Source: the human T2T-CHM13v2.0 reference genome, Homo sapiens. Taken from it: 64,000 nt of DNA. How positions within the stretch are numbered: position 1 is the first letter of the stretch; each line of letters opens with the position of its first letter. The translations under genes and the position numbers were made by a program. The notes under the pieces are model-generated. The model was not told where the DNA came from. It was given only the letters and a program-made list of their open reading frames with translations, and searched no databases. The stretch lies in NCBI RefSeq assembly GCF_009914755.1, contig NC_060932.1. One strand, written 5' to 3'. Positions 1 to 17,259 of the stretch are shown here, piece after piece.

Positions 1-427
1 TGTCCCTCTCTGACAGCTTTGAAGAGACCAGTGGTTCTCCTAGCACGCAGCTGGAGATCTGAGAACGGGCAGACTGCCTCCTCAAGTGGGTCCCTGACCC
101 CTGACCCCCAAGCAGCCTAACTGGGAGCCACACCCCAGTAGGGGCAGACTGACACCTCACAGGGCCGGGTACTCCTCTGAGACAGAACTTCCAGAGGAAC
201 AATCAGACAGCAGCATTCACGGTTCACAAAAATCCACTGTTATGCAGCCACGGCACTGATACCCAGGAAAACAGGGTCTGGAGTGGACCTCTAGCAAACT
301 CCAACAGACCTGCAGCTGAGGGTCCTGTCTGTTAGAAGGAAAACTAACAAACAGAAAGCACATCCACACCAAAAACCCATCTGTACATCACCATCATCAA
401 AGACCAAAAGTAGATAAAACCACAAAG

Positions 428-1445
428 ATGGGGAAAAAACAGAGCAGAAAAAATGGAAACTCTAAAAAGCACAGTGCCTCTCCTCCTCCAAAGGAATGCA
501 GCTCCTCACCAGCAATGGAACAAAGCTGGACGGAGAATGACTTTGACTAGTTGAGAGAAGAAGGCTTCAGACGATCAAACTACTCTGAGCTACAGGAGGA
601 AATTTAAACCAAAGGCAAAGAAGTTAAAAACTTTGAAAAAAATTTAGACGAAGGTATAACTAGAATAACCAATACAGAGAAGTGCTTAAAGGAGCGGATG
701 AAGCTGAAAGCCAAGGCTCGAGAACTACGTGAAGAATGCAGAAGCCTCAGGAGCCAATGCGATCAACTGGAAGAAAGGGTATCAGTGACGGAAGATGAAA
801 TGAATGAAATGAAACGAGAAGGGACGTTTAGAGAAAAAATAAATAAAAAGAAATGAACAAAGCCTCCAAGAAATATGGGACTATGTGAAAAGACCAAATC
901 TACATCTGATTGGTGTACCTGAAAGCGATGGGGAGAATGGAACCAAGTTGGAAAACACTCTGCAGGATATTATCCAGGAGAACTTCCCCAATCTAGCAAG
1001 GCAGGCCAACATTCAGATTCAGGAAATACAGAGAATGCCACAAAGATACTCCTCAAGAAGAGCAACTCCAAGACACATAATTGTCAGATTCACCAAAGTT
1101 GAAATGAAGGAAAAAATGTTAAGGGCAGCCAGAGAGAAAGGCCGGGTTACCCACAAAGGGAAGCCCATCAGACTAACAGCAGATCTCTCGGCAGAAACTC
1201 TATAAGCCAGAAGAGAGTAGGGGCCAATATTCAACATTCTTAAAGAAAAGAATTTTCAACCCAGAATTTCATATCCAGCCAAACTAAGCTTCACAAGTGA
1301 AGGAGAAATAGAATACTTTACAGAGAAGCATATGCTGAGAGATTTTGTCACCACCAGGCCTGCCCTAAAAGAGCTCCTGAAGGAAGCATTAAACATGGAA
1401 AGGAACAACTGGTACCAGCCACTGCAAAATCATGCCAAAATGTAC
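428..1445 (+). pseudogene. L1 ORF1p remnant
   Basis: ATGGGGAAAAAACAG (MGKKQ) at 428. In-frame stops at 548 (TAG) and 605 (TAA), a +1 frameshift near 840, further stops at ~1203 and ~1218, and the natural stop mutated to TAC. Track peptide 885-1205 (KRPNLHLIGVPE...RFTKVEMKEKMLRAAREKG) is ORF1p. Confidence 0.93.
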
Positions 1446-1508
1446 AGACCATCAAGACTAGGAAGAAACTGCATCAACTAACGAGCAAAATCACCAGCTA
1501 ACATCATA

Positions 1509-5330
<3,822 letters not shown>

Positions 5331-5545
5331 ACAATGAGAACACTTGGACACAGGAAGTGGAACATCACAATCTGGGGACTCTTGTGGGGTGGGGGGAGGG
5401 GGGAGGGATAGCATTAGGAGATATACCTAATGCTAAATGACGAGTTAATGGGTGCAGCACACCAGCATGGCACATGTATACATATGTAACTAACCTGCAC
5501 ATTGTGCACATGTACCCTAAAACTTAAAGTATAATAATAAAAAAA

Positions 5546-6358
5546 GACATACATGTGGCCAAGATGCATATGAAAAAAAGCTCAATATCACTCATCATTA
5601 GTGAAATGCAAATCAAAAACACAATGAAATACCATCTTATACCAGTCAAAGTGGCTATTAATGAAAAATTTTTAAAAAACAGATGCTGGCGAGGTTTTGG
5701 AGGAAAGGAACGCTTATATATTGCCAGTGGGAGTGTCAATTAGTTCAACCATTATGAAAAGCAGTGTGGCAATTTCTCAAAGAATTGAAAGCAGAACTAC
5801 CATTTGACCCAGCAATCCTATTTCTGGATATATGCCCAAAGGAATATGAATCGTTCAATCATAAAAACACATACATGTGTATGTTCCTTGCTGTACTATT
5901 CACAATAGCAAAAGACGTGGCAGCAACCTAAATGCCACATTGTCTCTTTATCAAGTCTAAATGGTAGACTTGATAAAGAAGATAAAGGATAGCCATAAAA
6001 AAGAGCAAGATTATGTCCTTTGCAGGAACATGGATGGAGCTGGCGGCCATTATCCTTAGCAAGCTAATGCAGGAACAGAAAACCAAATATTGCATATTCT
6101 CACTTATAAGTGGGAGCTAAATGATGAGAAGACAAGGACACAAAGAGGGGAACAAAAGACACTGGGGCCTGCTTGAGGGTGGAGGATAGGAAAAGGGAGA
6201 GGATCAGAGAAAATAACTATTGAGTACTAGGCATAGTACCTGTGTAACAAAATAATCTGTACAACAAACTCCCATGACACGAGTTTATCTGTATAAAAAC
6301 CTGCACATGTACCCTTGAACCTAAAACAACAGTTTAAAAAAAGAGGAAAAAAAAAGAA
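5546..6358 (+). mobile_element. Older L1 3' end (L1PA15/16-like), probably the host of the L1PA3/4 insertion
   Basis: Degenerate ORF2 C-terminus (track 5555-5743 [20 protein letters not shown]) and 3'UTR ...ATAATCTGTACAACAAACTCCCATGACACGAGTTTA... with A tail. Confidence 0.8.
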
Positions 6359-6399
6359 ATCATTATTCATGAGAGAAAGATAAAATCACAAGGAGATAT

Positions 6400-7060
6400 A
6401 TTTTTATTCTACTAGAATAGCTAATTAAAAGGGCTAACATCACTAAATGTGGAGGAATTAGAACTTTCATACATTATTAGGGTGAATGTACAATGGTACA
6501 ACCATTTTGAAAAGCAATTTGCCAAATCTTTACAAATGTAAACACGGAACTCTCCTATAACAAAGCAATACCACATTCCCATATCTGCAGGAAAATGCTT
6601 GTGTAATAATGTTCATAGCAGCTCTCTTCATAATTTCCTATAACTGAAAACAACACAAATGTCCATCAGTAAGAGAATGGAGAAATATATGATGCATTCC
6701 TACAAATAAATACTTGTCAGTAATAAAAACAGCCAATAACCAACAACATGGATACATCTCAAAAACATAATCTGTTCAAATAAAAAATACATAAATAGAG
6801 TATGTGCTATAGGATTTCATTCATGTGTAGTTTAAAGAACGGGTAAAACTAATTTACAGTGGCAGACATCAGAATAGTGGTTGCCTCTTATTGGGGAGAG
6901 GATTAGTGAAGAAGAGGAAAAAAGGGTTTTCTAAGTCAACATTCTTCATCTCAAACAGGGTGTTGAGCACCTGGGTACATGCATTTGTCAAAACTCATGA
7001 ACTATAAAATTAAGATTGATGCATGTAATTGTGCAGTAAATTATGATGACATTAAGGGAA
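6400..7060 (+). mobile_element. Ancient L1M (L1ME/MD-like) 3' fragment
   Basis: Degenerate L1 3' motifs (TACAATGGTACAACCATTTTGAAAA; AAATGTCCATCAGTAAGAGAATGGA; CAGAATAGTGGTTGCCTCT). Confidence 0.55.
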
Positions 7061-7403
7061 GAGAAAAAAACACACTTAGACCATCTACTAGGTCAGAAAA
7101 CCATCCTCATCTCTGTTATCTTGAGTTATGCTCACCTGCATCAACCAACAAAGCCCAGCAGATGAAATTAAATATTGTGTACTGGATTTCAACACTGTTC
7201 ATAAAATAGAATAACAGCAACATAAGTGGCTTAAATTTGTCATCATCTCATAAATGTTTAGTCGTATTCATTAAATAACTCTTTTGAATCTTTCTAACTA
7301 ATTTAGAAAAATGTAAATTACAAGACATGCACAAAGCTTCTTCCCTCTCATATTTTCCTTTTGCTCAGCCTTGGCAAAAGTGTTCCATTCTAAGGCCTGA
7401 TGT

Positions 7404-7960
7404 TGAGAGGTGAAGCCGGCTGGGCTTCTGGGTTGGGTGGGGACTTGGAGAACTTTTCTGTACAGCTAAAGGATTGTAAACACACCAATCAGCACTCTGT
7501 CAAAACGGACCAATCAGCTCTCTTTAAAAAAGGACCAATCAGCTCTCTGTAAAATAGACCAATCAGCTCTCTGTAAAATGGACCAATCAGCAGGATGTGG
7601 GTGGGGCCAGATAAGGGAATAAAAGCAGGCCACCCACGCCCACAGGGGCAAACTGCTGGGTGGTCTTCCATGTCTTGGGAGCTTTGTTGTTTTGCTATTC
7701 ACAATAAATCTTGCTGCTGCTTGCTCTTTGGGTCCGCACTACCTTTATGAGCTGTAGCACTCACCGCCTAAGGTCTGTAGCTTCACTTTTGAAGCCAGCG
7801 AGACCACAAACCCAGCAGAAAGAAGAAACTCCTGACACATCTGAACCAGAAGGAACAAACTCCGGACACACCATCTTTAAGAACTGTAACACTCACCGTG
7901 AAGGTTGGTGGCTTCATTCCAGAAGTCAGCGAGACCAAGAACCTACCAATTCCAGACACA
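7404..7960 (+). mobile_element. Solo LTR12 (ERV9/HERV9 LTR, short LTR12/LTR12F-like)
   Basis: TGAGAGGTGAAGCC...CCAGACACA termini; four ACCAATCAG repeats (~7483-7590); GATAAGGGAATAAAAG TATA-like box (~7610-7624); perfect 4-bp TSD ATGT (7400-7403, 7961-7964). Confidence 0.92.
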
Positions 7961-8420
7961 ATGTGAGCTGGGGTCACTGGCTGGTAGCTGAAGGTCAAGT
8001 CGGCTTCCACTGGAATTCATCCAGCTGTTTTCTCCTGGAAAGAGGAAATAAGCTAACGCTGACACTAGCCCATCTTCATTTCAGTTTCAGGAGCCAACTG
8101 AACACAGCCGTGGACTGTAGCCACCACATCTGCAATATGTCCAAAGCACTAAACCCCAGAGCGTAATGACACCTCTGCAGTAGCCAATACCCCTAGTACA
8201 TTTTTGTAAATGTCCCCCTAGCAAACGGGCTATTCCAGAACCAGACAATACTGCCATCAAGATCTGTATGTCATTATTAGCTGGACAAGAGAACAGAGAC
8301 AGTGGCTATGTCTGTTGTCTAGCAGGAGGAAGCAAATAGAGAAAAGGGAGGAGAAGAAAGATAAAGGGATTTTAGTTTTTGTTTATACCAGTTATCAAGA
8401 CTCTATCACCAGTGATTTTA

Positions 8421-8545
8421 TTTTATTTTAGGAAAGTCTAAAATAAAGGCCAGGGCTGCTCTTGAACAACTGGCCTCAAGGGCTCCACCTGCTTTGGCCT
8501 CCCAAGGTGCTGAAATTAGCAGAATGAGCCACCATGCTTTGGGCA
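8421..8545 (-). mobile_element. Alu monomer (FLAM-like)
   Basis: Degenerate left-arm sequence flanked by 14-bp TSD CACCAGTGATTTTA (8407-8420, 8546-8559). Confidence 0.75.
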
Positions 8546-8570
8546 CACCAGTGATTTTAAAAATGCATTT

Positions 8571-8905
<335 letters not shown>

Positions 8906-10439
8906 TTAACCATAAATAGGTTAACTACAGAATTAAGATTTCCTCAACTGTACTGACCATCTCCTCTGCAGGAGAATGCCTCCTGAAACTGTGTTTCTAA
9001 CTACCTTTAGAAACTTTAAATACTGCCAACACTGGCGCTAGGGTCTTCCCTGAGGCTTTTTCATTCTCTTTAGCATCCTTAATACATATTTAAAGAACAC
9101 TCTTTTAACCTTTCTCTTTAGCAGTTCCATTCCGGATGCTTCGCTCCTGAATTGAATAACTCGTCTAGGACAACCTTTCCGTCTGTGAGCATTTGTAATA
9201 GAACGTTTTCCAAGCAACACCAATGCCTGCGTCCTTCGGTAAGGGAGCTAAAAAGAAAGAGTACCGCTGTTTCATTCACCTGTGTCCCAGAGCCGCTGCT
9301 CAGAATCTCTCTCTGCCTCTCCAAGGGCAACCTGCTTGTCCTCAGAGGGATCCTCCTCCCTGTTGTACTCAGGATGTACACATCCAGGACTGCAGCCACT
9401 TTTGCTGCTTGAGAGACCTAAGTGAGACTGCTTTACCCCACCCGTGAGCAAGCTTCTCTCTCAAAACTTTACCTCTTAAATAAAAATGGATCCATGAGCT
9501 GTGCAGCTGCTCCAGCTTGGGGCTCCTGTGTGACCCAGCAAATAACCAAACTCAACTTTGGTTTGCTGAGCACTGTCAGGCATTCATCATTCTCAGGAAA
9601 AGGGACTCAGATAGGATCCCAAATCTTTGATTGCCTAACATAGCCAAAGCCCAATAAAATCCTGGGAAAAATAAATGCAAGAGGACACTAACGGCAAAAG
9701 CACATTCTGCAGGACTGAGTTCTAGCTTTGGGCCTAAATTCTAGCTCGGCTCTAACCATTGTGAGTTTGAGTGATATATAACTAGACTAGGGAGGACAAA
9801 TTAGTGAGCTGCATGCTCTGGGACCTCCTGAAACACCCCTGGCAGACACTGATGATCCATAGTGACCCAGATGTGGCCTCAGAATCCTTCCCGACACAGC
9901 ACTTTTTGGTACCGGAGAGGAAACCTATCTACAACCTTGCACTAGATTAAGCGTAGACCTAAGAAGCCTGTCCATTGGCCTCTGTCCTAGTCTTTGTTCT
10001 TTCTTGTCTTTGGAGGGTGGGCAGGTGTTGTAATGAAGGAGGTCTCTTCTCTCCAAACGAGAGGCATTCTAAATCCCCTTGTAGCCCTAGAAGAGAATTC
10101 TTAGAAATTCTTAAAATTAGGGATACAAAAGGGCCTGAGATTCACCAAACAATTCTCCAAGTAGAAACAAGACTTTTTAATGCTTTACCCCAAACTGTGT
10201 TCTGGATCCATTTCAGATTGCTTCCTCTCTCGGCTAGCACTGGCAGGAAGGGTCATAGTGGGAGGGAGGATTGGAGTCTCCACTCATGTTCAAATGTGTA
10301 ACTAATTGTAGGGATTTGCATTGCCATTGTTACATGAAAAAATATTGTTATATCTTCATTTTAAAGATTAGAAATCAGAGGCAAAGGTCTTGAGGTCATA
10401 GAGCCAGCAGGGGTCAGAGCTGGACTGAAAAATGCCCAT

Positions 10440-10589
10440 GGCCGGGTGAGGTGGCTCACACCTGTAATCCCAGCTTCTTGGGAGGCTGAGGAGTGAGAAT
10501 CCCTTGAACCTGGTTGCAGTGAGCCAAGATCCTGGCACTGCTCTCCAGCCTAGGTGATGCAGCAAGACTGTCTTAAAAAAAAAAAAAAA
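10440..10589 (+). mobile_element. Alu monomer (FRAM/FAM-like)
   Basis: Single ~150-bp arm with A tail and TSD-like GCCCATGG on both sides. Confidence 0.75.
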
Positions 10590-11099
10590 GCCCATGGTGC
10601 GGGTCCCTTGCTTCAACCTTCTCCTAGGTAGTCCCCTTGACAAGAGGACTAGGAATCAACAATGTCTGTGGATCACAATAGGACTGGGCTTAACAGTAAA
10701 CTGAATGATAATGTGGGCTAATGAAAAAGCCCACCACCTCCTCACCACTGCTCCTTCCGCACAACCTCCCCTCACATACATCTGCCTCAGCCCCAGTGCC
10801 CTGGTCCCTGGCACTCTACAATAAAGAATTCATCGTTTTGGAGTAATCATAGCTTCCACTGGCCATTCTTTTTTTCCCGTCAAGATACCCCTGAAAAGAA
10901 TACACTTCCTTCATCACTCTCACCTTAGCATGGTAGTAGGCTGACAGAAGGCTTTTCTCTAGCACAAAACTTACCCCAGCTTTAGGGATGCACTAGCTAC
11001 CTTGTTAGAAAAAAGGAGAGTATCTCCTACAAAGGCAGAAGGAAGCTTGGACTTGACAGCTGGACAGAAAGAGCTCCACCCCCTAATACTCACTCAGGT

Positions 11100-11797
11100 G
11101 TGGTCATCCCCCTGTGGTTTCACTTTTCTTGTTTTCAGTTAGCCATAGTTAACTGCCGTCTGAAAATATTACATACAATAAGATACTTTGGGAGAGAGAG
11201 AGAGACCACATTCACATAACTTTTATTAAGTATATTGTATTATTATAAGTGTTCTATTTTATTATTAGTTACTGTTGTTCATCTCTGCTATAGTTTGGAT
11301 GTTTGTCAAGTAAACCTCATGTTGAAATGTGATTCCGTATGTTGGAGGTGGGGCCTGATGGGAGGTGTTTTGTTCCTGGGTGTGGACCCTTCATGAACAG
11401 ACGGATGCCCTCCTTGGGAGTGGGAAGACAGTTAATTGTCTCTCCGTTAATTCTCAAGAGAGCTGATTTTTAAAAAGAGGCCGGCCCCTCCCTACCCTCT
11501 CTTGCTTCCTTTCTTCATGGGATCTGCATATGCCAGCTCTCCTTCCCCTTCTGCCATGAATGGAAGCAGTCAAATAAACCTCTTTTCTTTATAAATCGCC
11601 CAGCCTCATTTATTCCTTTACAGCAGCACACATGGACTAAGACAGTTCTTCCTGTGCCTAATTTACAAATTAAACTTTATTATCCATATGTATGTGTAAG
11701 GACAAACATAGTGGACATGGCATTTGGTACTATCTATGGTTTCAGGCACCCACTGGGGGGTCATAGAATGCATCCCCCATGCTTAAGAGGGGCTTCC
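11100..11797 (+). mobile_element. MER44A (Tigger7-derived MITE) interrupted by an MST LTR
   Basis: GGTTTCACTTTT..TTCAGTTA, GAGAGAGACCACATTCACATAACTTTTATT and TTTGGTACTATC..GGTTTCAGGCACCCACTGGGGG match the MER44A consensus on both sides of the insert. Confidence 0.8.
11286..11644 (+). mobile_element. MST-family MaLR solo LTR
   Basis: TGCTATAGTTTGGATGTTTG...AATAAACCTCTTTTCTTTATAAAT...GGACTAAGACA. Confidence 0.8.
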
Positions 11798-12146
11798 TGG
11801 ACTAACAGCCTGGCCTTTTCTAGATGAGCACAGATTGGCCCAGGGCAAGGAAGATGACTCATAGATTCTACTAAGTCTTGAATCTACTTGTCCATTTTAG
11901 CTCTCCTCCGTGGTGGGGAGTGGGTAGTCCTCCTCAGAAAACAAAGGCTTTCCAGAAGACAAACTTCCAAGCTTGTTACCTGAGTTTAACCCATCCTTTT
12001 TCTTATGCTTTCTGGCTAAAGTGCTAACAAATCTCATTTTCATATTGATTTACTTGGCAGAAAGTTCATTATGAACACTGATAAGCCAGAAATTCAAGGA
12101 AAAAAAACTCAGCCTCTTCCATTATTAATTAAAAAGAAAAAAAATT

Positions 12147-12295
12147 GGCTGAGTGTGGTTGCTCACATTGATAATCCCGGCACTTTGGGAGGCTGAGGCA
12201 GGAATTATCACTTGAGGCCAGGAGTTCAAGACCAGACTGGGCAACATAGTGAGACCCTGTCTCTGCAAAAATAAAATATTTAAAAAAAAATGAGA
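12147..12295 (+). mobile_element. Alu monomer (FLAM_C-like)
   Basis: Left-arm sequence GGCTGAGTGTGG...GAGACCCTGTCTCT followed by an A-rich tail. Confidence 0.8.
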
Positions 12296-13875
12296 AAGAA
12301 ATAAACAAATTTTAAAAACAGAGCCGACTCTGGTGCTGAAATCATTCCTAATTCTCAGGTGACAAAGGGCCTGGATGCAGTCTGGGGACATATCAAATGA
12401 AGGTGCGTGCAAGTGACACTAAAGCTCCAGGACGTGATGCAGATGTCCGCATAACTGGCTGGGACAAAGAGCGCATCTGAGCCTCTGCAACTCTCTCATC
12501 TCAGGACCTCTCAGACCCCTTGGAAGAGGAAAGGTGAGTCTCACATCCTGTTATATTAAACCTATTAGCGTTACTCACATGACACTATCATTCTCTTCAG
12601 GTTCTGACAGGAAGGAAATCTTTGTAAAATGTGATATTTATGGGTCAGCTACTTTCTTCCTTTTTTGAGACCCCGAGTATTTTCCACTGCTTCAGCTACC
12701 TGAGCATAGGCCAAGGAGCAGGCTGGGTGAACATGGGGAGTGTTGGCTGTCCGGGCAGAGTCAGGTATTGTGATGGATGAGCCTTGGCTCCTGTTCCTTG
12801 GAGTTAAACGCTCCTATCTTGTTATATCTGTTCTCTTTCCACCCTCCTGCTCTGTCAGTAATTCCTGTGCTGTGCCCGTGATAGGTGTGCAGGTCTGTGA
12901 CCATTTTCTGAAGTTGTTTTCTTGATCTTCTTTCCCCATTTATTACTAATCAGTTCCAAAATCCTTCAAGATTTTCTTTGCTACCGAGAGATGTTTACCT
13001 TGACAACCACATTTTCAGGCTATATCTCCAAAAATAGATTTACAAAGGAAGAAGACAGAGAGACCAAGGCTAGCAAAGGGCTTCTTACACTGCTGAAGAT
13101 ATTTTTAAATGTCAAATCGCCAATGGACAAGCTACTAGAGAAGGAGGCCGGGAAGGAACATCAAGGGGCTTTAGGGGGGCTTGGTGGAGGCCACAGAGAA
13201 CAGCAGGTGGAGGGGCAGGACCAGGATCTGAATCCCGAAGACCTGAGCTTCCCATTCTGAAAACAGAGCTCAATAATAACCTGCCCTACTTTTGTCAGAA
13301 AGCATCGTGTTAATTATTATTACTGGCACAGCCTATGGAACCATACTTCTTTTTTCTCATCTGTATGTTTACAGTGCTCTAGAAGAAAGAGTCTAATTTG
13401 ATATTTATTGCCATCTTTTAAATAACAGATGATGAGAGATAATATCATATTTCAAAACTAAAAAGAGGGTGAACTTGAGCATCATGACAACATCCAAAGC
13501 ACTTATTACATTTTACTCCTTTCCATCTCTGAATATCCTGTGGACAGAGGGCAAGAATAATAAAAAGTAAACTATCTGACTAGATTGGACATTTTCTTAA
13601 ATTGCGGTTCCAACCATGTCGCTTTCCTGCTCAAAACCCTGCAAGCTGAAATCCCTTCATACAGGACTAAGCCCTCCCGTTCAGCTTTTTATTTTACATC
13701 CTAATTGGATGACTTTATAGGTTCCCAAGTTTACTCTGCCCCCTCCCAACTTCAAAATCTTCACCTGTCAAAACCCTGCTAATTCTTCAAGGTCCATCTC
13801 CAAATCCCTTCTTGATTCCTTCTCCTTGATATAAATTCTATCTCTCTCTGTTCCCTTAGGGCATTTGTGGGTTTT

Positions 13876-13906
13876 GTGTGTGCATTCGTGTGTGTGTGTG
13901 TGTGTG
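13876..13906. repeat. (TG)n microsatellite, interrupted
   Basis: GTGTGTGCATTCGTGTGTGTGTGTGTGTGTG. Confidence 0.8.
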
Positions 13907-15670
13907 CACTGAATCCACTGTGCATTATAGTAACAATTATTTGTACCAGGTATGCCGGTGTCCGAGTGTAGGTGCCTTCCTAAGGGACAGGTGGATTTGT
14001 TCATTATTTGGCTGCCTCTTCAATTCCTAACACTGTTGGTTGTGCAGTGTTCCCAGTATTAAATGCCTGCTTACTGAGTCCATTTGTCAAATTATAACTG
14101 AATGGGGACCTCATCCCTCCACGTACCCCACTTCAAAGTTAGGAATTATCAGTTAATAACTTGGAAACTATATGTTTCATGTTTGAAGAACAGAATATTA
14201 ATTCTGAATGGATGCACAAAACATCCTGTCATTTTTCTATTTGGAGCAGTCACCACCCTGACCCAGCCTAGATCGTGACTTTTAATGCTCTGACTTTATG
14301 TTTTAATAGCCCCATCTCTTTCTATTTTAAAGTCTGAGATATTCCATATTAAAAAAAATCTGGGACAACTAGAGAGAATTGAATTTGGGCATAATGGAAA
14401 AGGACTTGGTAAGTCCTCCTTATGCAAAATTTAACTGAATTGGAGTTATCCCAGATATCTATCAGTGTCTTTTATACTCAAAGAAACTGCCACCGACTCT
14501 GTTACTAAATATGTGCAGCAGGAAGGCTGAAAGACCAATGTGACCAGCTGTCCTTTCTGCAGTGCATTTGAATGAAGGCTGTTCTTTCCTGAGCAGCTGT
14601 AGATGCTGTTTGCTGAGCGTGTTGCTATTTTTGATACTGCCTTCTTCAAAAGAAGAAAAAGGAAAGAAAGAAAGGAAAAGTCACACCATCTTTGACAGCC
14701 CCATACCCAGCTGCTCTCTGTGCACCTTCCCCAGGCTTGGGACTATAAATCAGCAAATATTCCTAGATTTTCTGTTCCATTTTCAGCTCACTTTATAGCG
14801 ATTGCTACTAATTGAATCTATGGTCGTACATTTGTCTCACATCTGGATCAGCTGAGAAGTTGTAAGCAATGTTTCAGTAGAGCCGGCTCACTGGCTGCAT
14901 TCCAGGGCTTCATTTTTTTGTTCCCATCTAGCAGCTTATTAACGGGTATTGGTTTCTGGGTGACACTGGTTAAACTGCCCAAAAAGATTCATGTGAAGTC
15001 TGGAGGCGAATCTGTCTCCTGGCCACATGGCTGCAGGTTCCAGCATTCTGTCAGCATTTAGATCTTCTCCAGCTTGACGCTTCACTTGACCTGGCAGAAC
15101 CTGCACAGGCAAGGCCACCATCTTGATTGATCTCTCTGCGCTGTGGTCTACTGATTAGACAACTTGCCTCTTGGGAAGCAGAGTACAATGACTGCTTCCA
15201 GATCTTTATTAGCAAAGGAAATCTTTGGCTTTCTGCAGCTGCGTGTGTACCCTCTATTCCCCACAGCTCACTCCCCTATTGTGCTGACTGGCCAGTCTAA
15301 CATAATTGCTTGCAGAATCCTCCTGGCTCTAGACATTTATACCTCTGGCCTACATTAACAGATGTTAGAGAACATGCACTCCTGCCCTCCAAACCCTCCA
15401 GCATCACTAGGGTACCTTGTTCAGCAGGGCCCACTACCCCTCAGCAAAGCAGCTCAGGCCTTCCAGCTGTGACCTTCTTAGCCAGCTTCAATATTCTTCT
15501 CATCTGTCAAGGACTTCCTACAAGAAAACAAGGCCTCTCTAGTATTTCCCAGTAAACAGTGCTCAATGGAAAACATTCTAAATTATTCGTATGAAACTTA
15601 TAAACTGACCACAGTGTAACTGAAATAAACATACAAGATCCTTCAAAGGAAATCCTACTCCTTCACCTCT

Positions 15671-15728
15671 TCATGGTGAGGTCTCTGTGGGGTAGGGGCT
15701 CATGGTGAGGTCTCTTTGGGGTAGGGGC
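15671..15728. repeat. 29-bp tandem duplication (2 copies, 1 mismatch)
   Basis: TCATGGTGAGGTCTCT(G/T)TGGGGTAGGGGC x2. Confidence 0.9.
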
Positions 15729-16917
15729 ACAGGCGTGGCTCTGAAACTTGGTGTCCTGAGCTTATCACCAGCCTCTGTCTATTGTGAGCTCACAATCTTT
15801 GGAAGCTATTCGTCTTCTCTCTTTCAGTTAAGTCATCTGTACAAGAATAATAATAGTACGTACATTGTGGAGTTGGTACGAGAAATAAATGATTTAATAT
15901 ATGTGCATATTATACAAATAAATATAAATTAATTAAGCTATGGAAAATTCTCATTTACATAAACAATTTGTATGTAGTTTATAAAAATCTACTAAATCCA
16001 TAGTTTTCAGAGTGTTTTAGCTGGCCAAGATGTTGCCAGCACTACCAGATGAATTGCTTTGATCAGTTTTTATGATCCTCCCTCCCCTTCCTGGTTGTGA
16101 TCATGATAAAGATTTTTTGAAATCCTTGTCTTTCCTCAGCAGCTTAAAGGTCAAGGAAAAAATTATGTAAAATAGTTAGGCAGCCTCTTCCACCTATGGT
16201 TTTAAAATATCAAAGGCAGATTGTCTACCTTTGTGAGCCAATTTCTGTATATGCAATAGTTGTTACTAAAATATTAGTGTGCAGAAAGACATACATTTCA
16301 ATCAGATTTTAGTGAGCATTTGCAAATGCACTTAAATATGCTGGAGTCTACCATTGTCTTCGTGTGCTTGCCATAAGTCAAATCAATGAGTTACACATCA
16401 GCATTTCTCCTTTGAATGGTGGTAGAAAAGCATATTTCTTATATTTTGTGAACACAAATCAACTAGACTGTCGTGATTGCTTAGGCCAAGAAAACAATCA
16501 CTCATGTTTATTAAATGCCAGAACTATGCTGAAATGTTAATGAAGAAAGAACTGAGTCTGTACAAACAAGAATACATAGCACTGTTCTTTGAGATAAGTG
16601 TTTGTATTAGTGGAAAGTTACAATTTAGTGGGGCCACATGATTTACAACAATCATAATTTTATCAGTGAAGTAACTGAAGCCCAAAAAGATGAAGACCAC
16701 AAAGCTAATTGTCCTTTAACCAAGTTCCTTCCTTTCAACTGCACTGCTCAAGTCAACAAAACAGCTCTCAAATAGAAAATACAGCCAGTGTGAAGTGCTC
16801 AAAATAGACATCTGTAATCCTTATTAGGTGCTTGCCAAAATCTCAAATATATTAGATGAGTAAATAGAGTGCAAAGCCTGAAGGTGATGAAGTAACTTCT
16901 ACTTTAAATCTGATCTA

Positions 16918-17259
<342 letters not shown>

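Noticed and set aside
7480-7595. CRISPR-like repeat array
   Set aside because: These are the CCAAT tandem repeats of LTR12, with no unique spacers, in a eukaryotic context.
9038-9643. Cluster of short ORFs on both strands as a processed pseudogene or exon
   Set aside because: No recognisable protein similarity, poly(A) tail or TSD.
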